64,000 nt of DNA from Patescibacteria group bacterium (lineage in GTDB: Bacteria > Patescibacteriota > Minisyncoccia > 2-02-FULL-40-12). Position 1 is the stretch's first letter. Every line of letters begins with the position of its first letter. The position numbers and the translations under genes were made by a program. The DNA lies in contig JBBTXZ010000003.1 in the NCBI GenBank assembly GCA_038062015.1, forward strand, positions 7,857-71,856. The letters run 5' to 3'. The notes beneath the pieces were generated by a model, which worked only from the letters and a program-made list of their open reading frames with translations, was not told the origin of the DNA and ran no database searches. Positions 45,827 through 55,278 of the stretch are shown here, piece after piece.

Positions 45827-46875
45827 TATTGAAACTCTTCTTTATCGGTGCTGATTAAAATATCTTTTAATTTATCAACATCTTCTAAAACTATGCCGCA
45901 ACCTCTGACCACAGCCGTCAAAGGATCATCGATTATTTTAACCGGCAGTTTTGTCTCATGAGCCAATAAAACGTCAAGCCCTCTTAAAAGGCTTCCGCCG
46001 CCAGCCAGATATATTCCCTTTTTTGTCAAATCAGAGATAAGCTCCGGCGGAGCATCTTCGATAGTGTCTTTGACGGCGTTAATTATGATCCTGGTAGAAT
46101 GCATCAACGCTTTTTTGATTTCCGAAGAAGTAATTTTTATCTCCTTGGGCAGGCCGCTCGCGGTGTCGCGGCCGCTTATTTCCATATCCAGCTCTTCGAC
46201 TTCCGGCCAGACCGAACCGATGGAAATTTTTATGTCTTCAGCCATCCGTTCGCCAATTAAGAGCTTAAATTCGTCCTTGATGTATTGAATTATATCTTCA
46301 TTAAACTTATCGCCGGCTATTCTAATGCTTCTTAATGCCACCATCCCGCCTAAGGAGATTAAAGCCACTTCGGTCGTGCCGCCGCCGATATCAACTATAA
46401 GATTGGCTTTAGGATCATAAATCGGGAGCCTTGCGCCGATGGCCGCAGCCATTGGTTCTTCAATCAGATAAACTTCTCTCGCTCCGGCGTTGAAAACCGC
46501 ATCCTCCACGGCTCTTTTTTCAACTTCGGTCACGCCAGAAGGAATTCCGATAATCACTCTTGGCCGCGGCACCAGAGTAAAAGATTCTTTGTGAACCTTA
46601 TCAATGAAATATTTGAGCATCTGTTCGGTGATTTCAAAATCCGATACGACTCCGGAAACGAGAGGCCGCGAAGCAACAATGAAGCCGGGCGTTTTTCCAA
46701 TCATTTTCTGGGCCTCGCTTCCAATAGCGATAATCTGGCCGGTCTTTTTATTGACCGACACGACCGAAGGCTCATTAATGACAATCCCCCGCCCCTTAAC
46801 ATAAACAAGGGTATTAGCCGTACCCAAGTCTATGCCGATATCTTTTGAAAAAGCACCGAAAAGTTTATCTAACAT
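45826..46875 (-). CDS. mreB: Rod shape-determining protein MreB (paralog 2, adjacent to mrdA)
   Basis: IGIDLGTANTLVYV and actin-fold motifs. Confidence 0.9.
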   Translation of the reverse strand: MLDKLFGAFSKDIGIDLGTANTLVYVKGRGIVINEPSVVSVNKKTGQIIAIGSEAQKMIGKTPGFIVASRPLVSGVVSDFEITEQMLKYFIDKVHKESFTLVPRPRVIIGIPSGVTEVEKRAVEDAVFNAGAREVYLIEEPMAAAIGARLPIYDPKANLIVDIGGGTTEVALISLGGMVALRSIRIAGDKFNEDIIQYIKDEFKLLIGERMAEDIKISIGSVWPEVEELDMEISGRDTASGLPKEIKITSSEIKKALMHSTRIIINAVKDTIEDAPPELISDLTKKGIYLAGGGSLLRGLDVLLAHETKLPVKIIDDPLTAVVRGCGIVLEDVDKLKDILISTDKEEFQ

Positions 46876-46879
46876 CCAT

Positions 46880-48115
46880 CTATCTTAGTTGATTAGATAA
46901 TTTATTCAAGTTGACTAAAATAGATTTATCTTCTGCCCTTTTTTTAAACTCAACCGAATCTTTTTCCAAAGTCTTTTCGCTTACTATCACCCTAAAAGGG
47001 CAGCCTATTAAATCCGCATCGGCGAATTTTTCACCCGGGCTTTGATCCAGACGATCATCATACAAAACTTCAACTCCGGCATTTTGCAGATCTTCGTAAA
47101 TTTTACCTGCTTCTTGATTCCTATGATTTAAAGCAATCAAATGAACTTTGAAGGGCGCCACATTTTCAGGCCAAAGAATTCCGATTCCGTCATTATGAAT
47201 TTCGACGATCGTTCCCATAAGCCGGCTGATTCCAATTCCATACGAACCCATTACTACATGCTTTTGGCCGCCGTCTTTATCTAAGTATTTTAAACCGAAA
47301 GCTTCGGAATATTTTAAGCCTAATGGAAAGATATTGCCGACTTCGATTGATTTTTTTTCTTGGACAAAGCCGCCGCATTTAGAACACTGGCCGCCGTCTT
47401 TTAATTTTGAAATTTCAGAATTTTCCGCATATTCGCATTTTAAACAAATAAAAACAGTATCTTCGCCGACATCGGACAAAACCTGAAACTCATGGGTATT
47501 AGAAATAGTAAAGGCTCCGCCGCCAGCCAAAGTATATATCGTTTTCAAGCCGCAACGTTCAAAAATTTTAAAATAGGCTTGTTTTACCGAATCATAATAT
47601 CGAAATAAGTCTTTTTCGGATTCGTGGAAGCTATATAAATCTTTCATCAAGAATTCGCGGCCGCGCAATAGACCCGATTTGGCTCTCGGCTCATTCCTGA
47701 ATTTAGTCTGGAATTGATAAACCGCTTTAGGCAGATCTTTATACGAATTAATAAACTTTGAAGCCATAAAAGACAAAATATCCTCATGAGACCAGCCGAG
47801 CGTGAAATTTGATTCTTTTTCTTTTTTGCCTCTAACTTCAAAACCGATATCCACATCCCATCTTCCGGTGGCGTCCCAGTATTTTTTTTCAACCAGAGCC
47901 GGCATAGAAATTTTTTCGCCGCCGACGGCATCCATTTCTTCATCCACGATCTTTAATATTTTTTCAATCACCCGCCAGCCTAATGAGAAAAAAGTGTAAA
48001 CTCCGGCCGAGTTCTTAAAAATAAAACCGCCCCGAATCAATAATTTAGCGTTGATGCTTTCTTCGTCTTTGGGGGCTTCGCGTAGAGTTTTAGTGAAAAG
48101 TTTAGATAATCTCAA
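46880..48115 (-). CDS. proS: Prolyl-tRNA synthetase, short form lacking the INS editing domain
   Basis: YQFQTKFRNEPRAKSGLLRGREFLMKDLYSFH class II motif 2. Zn-ribbon CLKCEY...CSKCGG. Confidence 0.8.
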   Translation of the reverse strand: MRLSKLFTKTLREAPKDEESINAKLLIRGGFIFKNSAGVYTFFSLGWRVIEKILKIVDEEMDAVGGEKISMPALVEKKYWDATGRWDVDIGFEVRGKKEKESNFTLGWSHEDILSFMASKFINSYKDLPKAVYQFQTKFRNEPRAKSGLLRGREFLMKDLYSFHESEKDLFRYYDSVKQAYFKIFERCGLKTIYTLAGGGAFTISNTHEFQVLSDVGEDTVFICLKCEYAENSEISKLKDGGQCSKCGGFVQEKKSIEVGNIFPLGLKYSEAFGLKYLDKDGGQKHVVMGSYGIGISRLMGTIVEIHNDGIGILWPENVAPFKVHLIALNHRNQEAGKIYEDLQNAGVEVLYDDRLDQSPGEKFADADLIGCPFRVIVSEKTLEKDSVEFKKRAEDKSILVNLNKLSNQLR

Positions 48116-48145
48116 GGTTTTAAAAGTGAGGCTATAGCCGAACTT

Positions 48146-49225
48146 CTAAAAGAACTTTGTAACATCTTTAACTGTAATCCAAATCATCAAAGCAATCAAA
48201 AAGGCGAATCCAGCCGCGTTCACGAATCCTTCAATTTTTTTTGGAACCGGCGAACCTTTTAATTTCTCAATGCCGATAAAAAGCAGCCGGCCGCCGTCTA
48301 AAGCCGGAAAGGGAATAATATTTAAAACCGCCAGATTGATTGAAAGCAGAGCTACGAATTGAATCAAATAATTAAAACCCAGCCCGGCGGCCTGACCAGT
48401 CAAAACGGCAATCCCGATTGGCCCGGAAACATCGGCAATTAAACGGGAATCAACAAAAAGATTTCTGAAAAAAAGGCCGAGGGCAATCATAATATTGACG
48501 GCCATCACGCCGGTATCACGAATTCCCCGCCAAATTGCCTCATACCAGGGATAAGATACCACTCCGGTCTTAGCCAGATTAACGCCGATGGCACCCTGAC
48601 CGACCGGCGGATTTTTTCTTGGAATCAATTTTAAATTAACTTCAGTTCCATTTCTTCCAATAATTAAAACAATTTCTTCGCCGCCGTATTTCTTTACAAA
48701 GTCCTGAACCTCTTCAACATTTTTCGGTCGCACTAAATCTTCGCCTTTTTGAAGCTGTTTAATTTCGTCTAAGATTTTTAATCCGGCGGCGCGGGCGGGT
48801 GAATCCTGGGAAACCTGAATTATTTGGATTTTTATGTCTTTGGCGGTAAAATCTTCATTACCGGCCAATCCGATTCTCAAACCCAAAAAATTTCCTAAAC
48901 CGAGAAGAACCGCCGCTAAAAAAAGATTCATCAAAACTCCGGCGACGATGACTTTAGCCCGTTGTCCGGCCGGCTTTGAAGCGAAACTTCTTGAATTGTC
49001 CCGATCTTCACCGTCTTCGCCGTAAATCTTCACAAAACCACCGAAAGGAATCCAATTGATTGAATAAACCGTTTCGCCCCTTTTGATCCCGAAAAGGCGT
49101 GGCGGAAACCCGAAACCGAATTCTTCCACCTTCATTCCGGCTTTCTTGGCCACATAAAAATGCCCGAACTCATGGGCTAAAACTAAAACCCCTAAAACAA
49201 TGATAAAAATTATTGCGGTTAGCAT
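48146..49225 (-). CDS. rseP: RIP site-2 metalloprotease RseP (M50)
   Basis: HEFGHFYVAK HExxH in TM1. PDZ domain. LDGG motif. Confidence 0.85.
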   Translation of the reverse strand: MLTAIIFIIVLGVLVLAHEFGHFYVAKKAGMKVEEFGFGFPPRLFGIKRGETVYSINWIPFGGFVKIYGEDGEDRDNSRSFASKPAGQRAKVIVAGVLMNLFLAAVLLGLGNFLGLRIGLAGNEDFTAKDIKIQIIQVSQDSPARAAGLKILDEIKQLQKGEDLVRPKNVEEVQDFVKKYGGEEIVLIIGRNGTEVNLKLIPRKNPPVGQGAIGVNLAKTGVVSYPWYEAIWRGIRDTGVMAVNIMIALGLFFRNLFVDSRLIADVSGPIGIAVLTGQAAGLGFNYLIQFVALLSINLAVLNIIPFPALDGGRLLFIGIEKLKGSPVPKKIEGFVNAAGFAFLIALMIWITVKDVTKFF

Positions 49226-49226
49226 T

Positions 49227-49559
49227 TTATAACTCGGCTCTTCGTCTTGCTAAAAACATAAACGGGGAAAAGTATTTTTCTAAATCTTTTAAAGTAGTAT
49301 TATAAATTTTGCCCTTTTCGGCGGCTTCGCAAAATAACTCACGCGCTCTTCCTATTTCCCAAAGATGACCCTGCCATCGCTGGTCGTCTAAAGTAAGTTC
49401 GAAAAGTTCTATGGACCGACTCACCGCACCTTCAAAAAGTTTTTCATCTTTCCCTTGCCATTTAGCCGCTCTCCCGACTTCGGCGCCTATATTCGCCATT
49501 TGTTCTTCCAAAGAAAATTTACCCCAACTTTTTTTTAAATCTTGGATATATTGATTCAT
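49227..49559 (-). CDS. Hypothetical protein
   Basis: 110-aa ORF in an operon with rseP. No family recognised. Confidence 0.4.
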   Translation of the reverse strand: MNQYIQDLKKSWGKFSLEEQMANIGAEVGRAAKWQGKDEKLFEGAVSRSIELFELTLDDQRWQGHLWEIGRARELFCEAAEKGKIYNTTLKDLEKYFSPFMFLARRRAEL

Positions 49560-49564
49560 ACTTT

Positions 49565-49918
49565 TCAGTCTAAAATTAATTTAGCCACAATTTCTTTTAT
49601 TTTTTCTCTAATTTGCGGATCTTCTACGCCGCGGGAACGGTTATTTTGCAATGGTTTTAAATTTATTATCGAATCAAATTCTATCATTTCTTCCTTCGGT
49701 TTGTCAGGATAAAGATTAATCCCCCAGGTATCTTCGCCCTTTGAATCATGTTTTTCAATCAAAAACACCTGTTCGTCGGAATGAAAGGCGCCGCCAAGAG
49801 CAATAATTTCTTGTTTCAGGTCTATCACTGCCTTCACTAAATCGCCAAATCTTTCTTTGGCAATCTCTTTAAGCTCCGATTTAGTAATAGGTTTTTTAAT
49901 TAAATTAATTTCCGCCAT
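49565..49918 (-). CDS. Hypothetical protein
   Basis: 117-aa conserved-looking ORF. No family recognised. Confidence 0.4.
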   Translation of the reverse strand: MAEINLIKKPITKSELKEIAKERFGDLVKAVIDLKQEIIALGGAFHSDEQVFLIEKHDSKGEDTWGINLYPDKPKEEMIEFDSIINLKPLQNNRSRGVEDPQIREKIKEIVAKLILD

Positions 49919-49990
49919 ATTTTGGCCGGCTGAATTTTAATAAATCGAGGCCGAACGTTTTCGAAATGGCTGTACCCGAGAAGATTTTTG

Positions 49991-50548
49991 CTATCCGCTT
50001 AATTCTCTTTCTTTACTCTCCCCTATTTCCTTTACTTTTTTATTAAACTCATCGACCGCTTTTTGAAGTTCGTCTTTAGCCCTGAATTTATCATCCTCTG
50101 AAATCTTCTTCTCCTTTTCTAGATTCTGGACCTTGTGCCAAACCTCGTCCCGGCCGCGCCTTATTCTTATCCGGGCCTGTTCAAGTTTATCATGCAAAAG
50201 TTTTATCATTTCTTTCCTCCTTTCATCCACCAAAGGCGGCAACACCAATTTTATATTCTGGCCGTCAATACTCGGATTCAAGCCGAGCCGGCTTTCTTCA
50301 ATCGCTTTAGCTACGGCGCCAACCCCATTTTTATCCCAGACCTGGATAATCAGAGTCTTTGCGTCCGGAACCATTATCGTCGCGACCTCTTTTAAATTCA
50401 ATCTACCCCCGTAAGCGTCAACTTTTAGATTTTCAACTAAGATCGGGCTGGCCCGGCCGCCTCTTAACTGGGCGAGATCATTTTTTAAAAAATCCAAAGT
50501 CTTATCCAGCTCTTTTTTTAAATTTTCTATTAATAGCTTATCAATCAT
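49991..50548 (-). CDS. frr: Ribosome recycling factor
   Basis: LRGGRASPILVENLKVDAYG ... IRRGRDEV. Confidence 0.9.
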   Translation of the reverse strand: MIDKLLIENLKKELDKTLDFLKNDLAQLRGGRASPILVENLKVDAYGGRLNLKEVATIMVPDAKTLIIQVWDKNGVGAVAKAIEESRLGLNPSIDGQNIKLVLPPLVDERRKEMIKLLHDKLEQARIRIRRGRDEVWHKVQNLEKEKKISEDDKFRAKDELQKAVDEFNKKVKEIGESKERELSG

Positions 50549-51366
50549 AGATTGATCATAAAATTCTCAAGAGCCAGGCGATGATTAAACTGCGGCCTTG
50601 AAAGAATGTTCGATAAATGCAAAATTTCTTTAGCCAGCCTTTTATCCACCAACGAAGCCGAATAAATAAACCAATCTCCGGCCGTCTTTTTTAAATCTTC
50701 AAAACTGTCCGAAATTTTTTTAGCCGCCTCAAATCGCTCTTTTAAATCGGCCCTCATCAGTTTATTTAATAAATTAATATTTTTTTGGAAGCCCTCAAAA
50801 TTATTTGCCAGCTCCAAGGCCAAGCCCAAAGAACCATTAGAAAGTTTGGAGCAAGTTTCAGCGACATCTTTTTTGATTTTGTTAATACCCCGCTCAGCGA
50901 GGCCGGCCAAATGATCTAAAATCTCCTGTTCTCTTAATGGCCTGAATCTTACCGGCTGGCAGCGCGAGACCACCGTAGAAAGAAGCATTTTCGGAAGATG
51001 GCTTACTAAAAATAAGATGGATTTTCCCGGCGGTTCCTCCAAAATTTTAAGCAGGGCGTTTGAAGCGTCGTGGCCGAGGTTATTGGCATTATTAATGATT
51101 GCGATTTTATACTTTCCAAAAGGAGTCAGATGGATAAAATCTTTCAGCTCTCTGATATCAGCGATATGAATTTCATCTTTTTCTTTATCAATTACTTTTA
51201 AATCGGGATTACTGACTGTCGGTCCGGCGATTAGTTCCGAAATTTTAAAAGCAAGCAGTTTTTTGCCGACTCCTTCCGGTCCGTAAAAAAGATAGGCATG
51301 GCTTAAACTACCTTGTTTTATCAAATTTTCAAAATAGTTCTGAATTTGTTGATTTCCTATAAGCAT
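50545..51366 (-). CDS. holB: DNA polymerase III delta-prime subunit
   Basis: HAYLFYGPEGVGKKLLA AAA+ clamp-loader motif. Confidence 0.75.
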   Translation of the reverse strand: MLIGNQQIQNYFENLIKQGSLSHAYLFYGPEGVGKKLLAFKISELIAGPTVSNPDLKVIDKEKDEIHIADIRELKDFIHLTPFGKYKIAIINNANNLGHDASNALLKILEEPPGKSILFLVSHLPKMLLSTVVSRCQPVRFRPLREQEILDHLAGLAERGINKIKKDVAETCSKLSNGSLGLALELANNFEGFQKNINLLNKLMRADLKERFEAAKKISDSFEDLKKTAGDWFIYSASLVDKRLAKEILHLSNILSRPQFNHRLALENFMINL

Positions 51367-51461
51367 GGTTTATAAATTCAAAACTCAAATTTTAAATTTT
51401 AATTGAATGTTTAAAGATTTTAAATTTAAAACATTTCTGCATTTGATTTAAAATTTGTAAT

Positions 51462-52589
51462 TTAAAATTGGAATTTATTTAGTATCTCCCCGGCTATTAC
51501 CTCCCCCGCATCTAACCTCGCAAATCGCTTGATTTCCCCGCCGACCAAAGGGTTATTTAACAAATGTTTAATCTGGTCTATCAAAATATGAGGCTTTAGA
51601 TTTTGCTCTTCCAAAACCACCGCGCCGAATTTAGCGAACTCGGCCGCGTTTCCTTTCTGGTGGTTTCCGGCCGAATAAGGATAAGGTATCACAATTGATG
51701 GTTTCGCTAAAGCGGCGATCTCAAAAATACTGGAACCAGAACGCGAAACTACTAAATCCGACATGGCAAAAGCATTTTTCAATTTTTCTTCGTTTAAAAA
51801 ACTATAAGCCCGGTAATTTTTTTCTATATTCTCATCATATTTCCCCTTGCCTTCATTTTTAATAATATCCGTTTCCTTTTTAACCAGCTCAAAATTATTA
51901 ATTCCGGCTTGATGGATAATCTGGAAATCTTTAACCAGATGAATCAAAGAATTAATCAAAAGATTATTTATAAACACGGCTCCCTGGCTTCCGGCTAAAA
52001 ATAAAATCGTTTTTTTACCGAAATCAAAATTAAAAAAACCGGCCGCTTCGGCTTTATTCCCGTTAAATAAATTTTCCCTTACCGGATTGCCGCTTAAAAC
52101 GGTTTTTTGGACAGGAAAATATCTAGCCGCGTTTTCAAAAGAAATAAATATCCTTTTGGCAAATTTAGCCGCAAGCCGATTAACTAGACCGGGTACAGAA
52201 TCGGATTCATGAATGAAAAAAGGGATAAAGTAGAGCATGGCAACAAAAGTCGGAATAAACGAAGCAAAGCCGCCTTTTGAAAGAACAAGGTTGGGCATAA
52301 AAACAAAAAGAATCCAGAGGGCCTGAATAAAAGCAAAAGGAATCGCTAAAAAGGCAAGAAAATTCAGGCGGCCGCCTTCAACCCGCCTTAATCTGGGGGC
52401 TAAAATTTTTTTAAACCGGATGCTTTGGCTTTCAAACTCGCTTCTCCAACTAGACGAATCAGCCACGGCCATCAATTCCAAATTTATCCCTTTTTCGCCG
52501 GCCAGTTTTTGAAGCTCCCGGCCAACCGCGACTAAAGGATAAATATGTCCGCCAGTTCCTCCGCCAACCAGTAAAATTCTATAACTCAT
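51462..52589 (-). CDS. murG: Undecaprenyl-PP-MurNAc-pentapeptide GlcNAc transferase MurG
   Basis: ILLVGGGTGGHIYPLVAV. Confidence 0.85.
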   Translation of the reverse strand: MSYRILLVGGGTGGHIYPLVAVGRELQKLAGEKGINLELMAVADSSSWRSEFESQSIRFKKILAPRLRRVEGGRLNFLAFLAIPFAFIQALWILFVFMPNLVLSKGGFASFIPTFVAMLYFIPFFIHESDSVPGLVNRLAAKFAKRIFISFENAARYFPVQKTVLSGNPVRENLFNGNKAEAAGFFNFDFGKKTILFLAGSQGAVFINNLLINSLIHLVKDFQIIHQAGINNFELVKKETDIIKNEGKGKYDENIEKNYRAYSFLNEEKLKNAFAMSDLVVSRSGSSIFEIAALAKPSIVIPYPYSAGNHQKGNAAEFAKFGAVVLEEQNLKPHILIDQIKHLLNNPLVGGEIKRFARLDAGEVIAGEILNKFQF

Positions 52590-52837
52590 AAAAAGCCTTC
52601 CTTTTTTAATAATCCAATTTTCGCCCTATTCCCGTATGCGTAACCGCCGATTTTGCCATCCGACCTTATCACCCGATGGCAGGGTACATTTTTAAAAGGA
52701 TTTTTATTTAAAACATTGCCAACGGCCCGGCAAGCGCGCGGCGAACCCGCAAATCTAGCCACCTCTTTATAATTTAAAACTTTTCCTTTAGGAATTTTCT
52801 TTACTATATTATACACTTTTTTTTGAAATTCAGTCAT
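52586..52837 (-). CDS. ogt: Methylated-DNA-protein-cysteine methyltransferase, C-terminal (DNA-binding/active-site) domain only
   Basis: VPCHRVIRSDGKIGGY with the PCHR active site. Confidence 0.75.
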   Translation of the reverse strand: MTEFQKKVYNIVKKIPKGKVLNYKEVARFAGSPRACRAVGNVLNKNPFKNVPCHRVIRSDGKIGGYAYGNRAKIGLLKKEGFL

Positions 52838-54543
52838 TTTAAAAACTTAAGCATATCTTGCCACTTTCTGATATTTAGAATATCTTTCGCTTCTGCCCAG
52901 CCACGCCTGGCTTGAGCAATTCCCAATTCCAAATACTGAAAATGCAAAATACTGTGAGCGTCTGAATCAATTGACAGTTTCACTCCGGCTTCAACCGCTT
53001 TTCTGATATGCTGATCTTTCAAATCCAGCCGGCTCGGATAAGCGTCTATTTCCAAAACGGTTTTGGTTCTTTTGGCCGCCTTGATTAAAGCATCAATATC
53101 TATTTTATAGGATTCTCTTTTCTGAATCACCCGGCCGGTCGGATGAAAGATTACATCAATGTTCGGATTTTCCATCGCTCTAACTATTCTTTGGGTCTGT
53201 TCTTTTTCAGATAAATTAAAGTTAGAATGAACCGCTCCGCCGGCAACATCCAGTTTAGCTAAAATTTCATCGGAAATATCCATCTGGCCATCTTTCAAAA
53301 TATTAACCTCGGCGCCTTTTAAAATTTTAATACCGCTGACTTGTTTCTGGACTTCGTCTATTTCTCTCATTTGCCGAAGAAGTTTCTTCTCATCCAAGCC
53401 GCCGGTCATGGCCAGACTCTTTGTATGGTCGGTGATGACGATATATTCCAAGTCTGCTTTTTTGGCGGCTTCGGCCATTTCCTTGATTGAATTCTGGCCA
53501 TCAGTCCAGTTGGTTTGAACCTGCAGATCGCCCTTCAACGAACCATATTCAATTAATTTTGGCAGTTTGCCTTCTTGGGCCGCTTTAATTTCACCAGAAT
53601 TTATTCTGATTTCCGGCGGAATCCATTCAAGGCCGAGTTTTTTATAAATTTCTTCTTCCGTTTTCCCGGCCGCTAATTTTTTGCCCTTATATAATCCATA
53701 TTCATTCAGTTTATATCCCTTCTTGATTGCAATTTCGCGCAAAGCGATATTGTGGTACTTATCGCCGGTGAAATATTGCAAAGCCGCACCGAATGACTTC
53801 GGCTCTAAAACCCTCAAGTCCGCGTCCATTCCGTTGTTAAGCCGAATATTGGCTTTGGTTGAGCCCTTGGCGTAGATGTAGCTGGCTTCCGGCATCTTAA
53901 CAAAATAATCAATCACTTTTTCCGGCTCTTTGGAAATCGCCAAAATATCCAAGTCCCCCACTGTCTCCTGCATCCGTCTTATTGAACCGGCCGGCTCGGC
54001 AATCTCAACATAAGGCAAAGATCTTAAACGTTCTAAAATAGAGTTGACTAAAGGCCAGACAAAACCCAAAATAAAACGGCCTTGGCCGCTTTTTAAAAAT
54101 TCAATGCCTTTTAAAATTTTCTCCTCCGACTTTTCACCAAAACCTTCGAGGTCTCTTAGCTTCCCGGCTTTAGCCGCTTTTTCAAGCTCGCCGATTGTTT
54201 TGATTCCAAGTTTCTTATAAAGCTTATAGACGCTTTTAGGGCCGAGGCCTTCAACAGAAGTCAACTCGCTGACATCAACCGGCACCTGCTTTTTTAGATG
54301 TTCGTAATCTTTAATCCGCTTTGTTTTTATGTATTCTTCAATCTTTTCGGCAATCCCCTGCCCTATTCCTGAAATATCCATCAGAGCTTTCAAACCGCCT
54401 TTTTTGTAAATGTCCCTTACATCTTCTTCCAAGGTCTCAATTATTAACGCCGCTTTCTCATACGCCCGCGGCTTAAAAGGAACCTCTTTCATTTCCAGTA
54501 ACATGGCTATCTCAAAAAGGATTTTAGAGATTTCTTCATTCAT
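52834..54543 (-). CDS. polX: DNA polymerase X family with PHP domain
   Basis: HhH/8-kDa and palm motifs (GIG, GSIRR..ETVGDLDIL). C-terminal PHP histidines. Confidence 0.8.
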   Translation of the reverse strand: MNEEISKILFEIAMLLEMKEVPFKPRAYEKAALIIETLEEDVRDIYKKGGLKALMDISGIGQGIAEKIEEYIKTKRIKDYEHLKKQVPVDVSELTSVEGLGPKSVYKLYKKLGIKTIGELEKAAKAGKLRDLEGFGEKSEEKILKGIEFLKSGQGRFILGFVWPLVNSILERLRSLPYVEIAEPAGSIRRMQETVGDLDILAISKEPEKVIDYFVKMPEASYIYAKGSTKANIRLNNGMDADLRVLEPKSFGAALQYFTGDKYHNIALREIAIKKGYKLNEYGLYKGKKLAAGKTEEEIYKKLGLEWIPPEIRINSGEIKAAQEGKLPKLIEYGSLKGDLQVQTNWTDGQNSIKEMAEAAKKADLEYIVITDHTKSLAMTGGLDEKKLLRQMREIDEVQKQVSGIKILKGAEVNILKDGQMDISDEILAKLDVAGGAVHSNFNLSEKEQTQRIVRAMENPNIDVIFHPTGRVIQKRESYKIDIDALIKAAKRTKTVLEIDAYPSRLDLKDQHIRKAVEAGVKLSIDSDAHSILHFQYLELGIAQARRGWAEAKDILNIRKWQDMLKFLK

Positions 54544-55166
54544 TAATGATGCTTCCGGCCGGGCTCTGGGAAAACTTGACCGCGCCCGACTTTTTCCCTT
54601 AACTCCGAATAAATTTTAATCAAAGTTATGGCGCCGGCGATAGCCACCAAACCAGCCACCAGAAAAACAATTTTAAAACCGAATTTCTCGGCTAAAATTC
54701 CGCCAAGCGCCGCCGCCGAAGCGGCGCCGATGCCAATAGAAACCGATTCTATCGCCCAATCAGTGCTCTCATGCATTTTATCAATATGGCGGGTGAAAAT
54801 TGCGTTCCAAGGCGGAATGGCAAAAGCCGCGCCCATCCCGTAAATCGCGTTAATAAAATAAAGATGAATCGGCTTAAAAGCAAAAATATATAAAAAAGGC
54901 ACTAAGGCGATTAAAAAAGAACCGATGATTAAAGAATAAAAATCGTCTTTCTCGCCGTGGTTTTTATCAAGGTAGTTGGCGATCGGAATCTGCAAAGATG
55001 ATTTTACGATTTGAAAAATAGCGGCCGTAAAACCGATAATGGCCAAAGTTCCGCCTTCAATTTTTTGAGTGATAAAAACGGCGAAAACCGGACCAAAAAC
55101 CGCAAATCCTGAAACCAATAAAAAATCGGAAGTAACTAAAGTGCGGATTACGCGGTTGATACGCAT
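54543..55166 (-). CDS. MFS-like 6-TM membrane protein
   Basis: Six predicted TM helices. MFS-like loop motifs. Confidence 0.45.
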   Translation of the reverse strand: MRINRVIRTLVTSDFLLVSGFAVFGPVFAVFITQKIEGGTLAIIGFTAAIFQIVKSSLQIPIANYLDKNHGEKDDFYSLIIGSFLIALVPFLYIFAFKPIHLYFINAIYGMGAAFAIPPWNAIFTRHIDKMHESTDWAIESVSIGIGAASAAALGGILAEKFGFKIVFLVAGLVAIAGAITLIKIYSELREKVGRGQVFPEPGRKHH

Positions 55167-55174
55167 AAAATAAT

Positions 55175-55277
55175 TGTAATATAGAATATAGAATGTAGGA
55201 AGTAGAATATAAGTTTAATGAAACTTAAAAAAAACGAGTGAGCTCGTTTTGTTCTATATTCTATATTCTATATTCTA
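55175..55277. repeat. Inverted tandem heptamer arrays (TAGAATA)n / (TTCTATA)n flanking the terminator
   Basis: tagaatatagaatgtaggaagtagaata ... ttctatattctatattctatattcta. Confidence 0.6.
55227..55252 (-). terminator. Rho-independent terminator (bidirectional potential)
   Basis: A8-AACGAG-TGAG-CTCGTT-T4. Confidence 0.7.
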
Positions 55278-55278
55278 A

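Noticed and set aside
51367-51461. AT-rich low-complexity spacer with AAATTTAAAA-like words between holB and murG
   Set aside because: Simple AT-rich intergenic DNA without a defined repeat unit or structure. Probably a promoter region.
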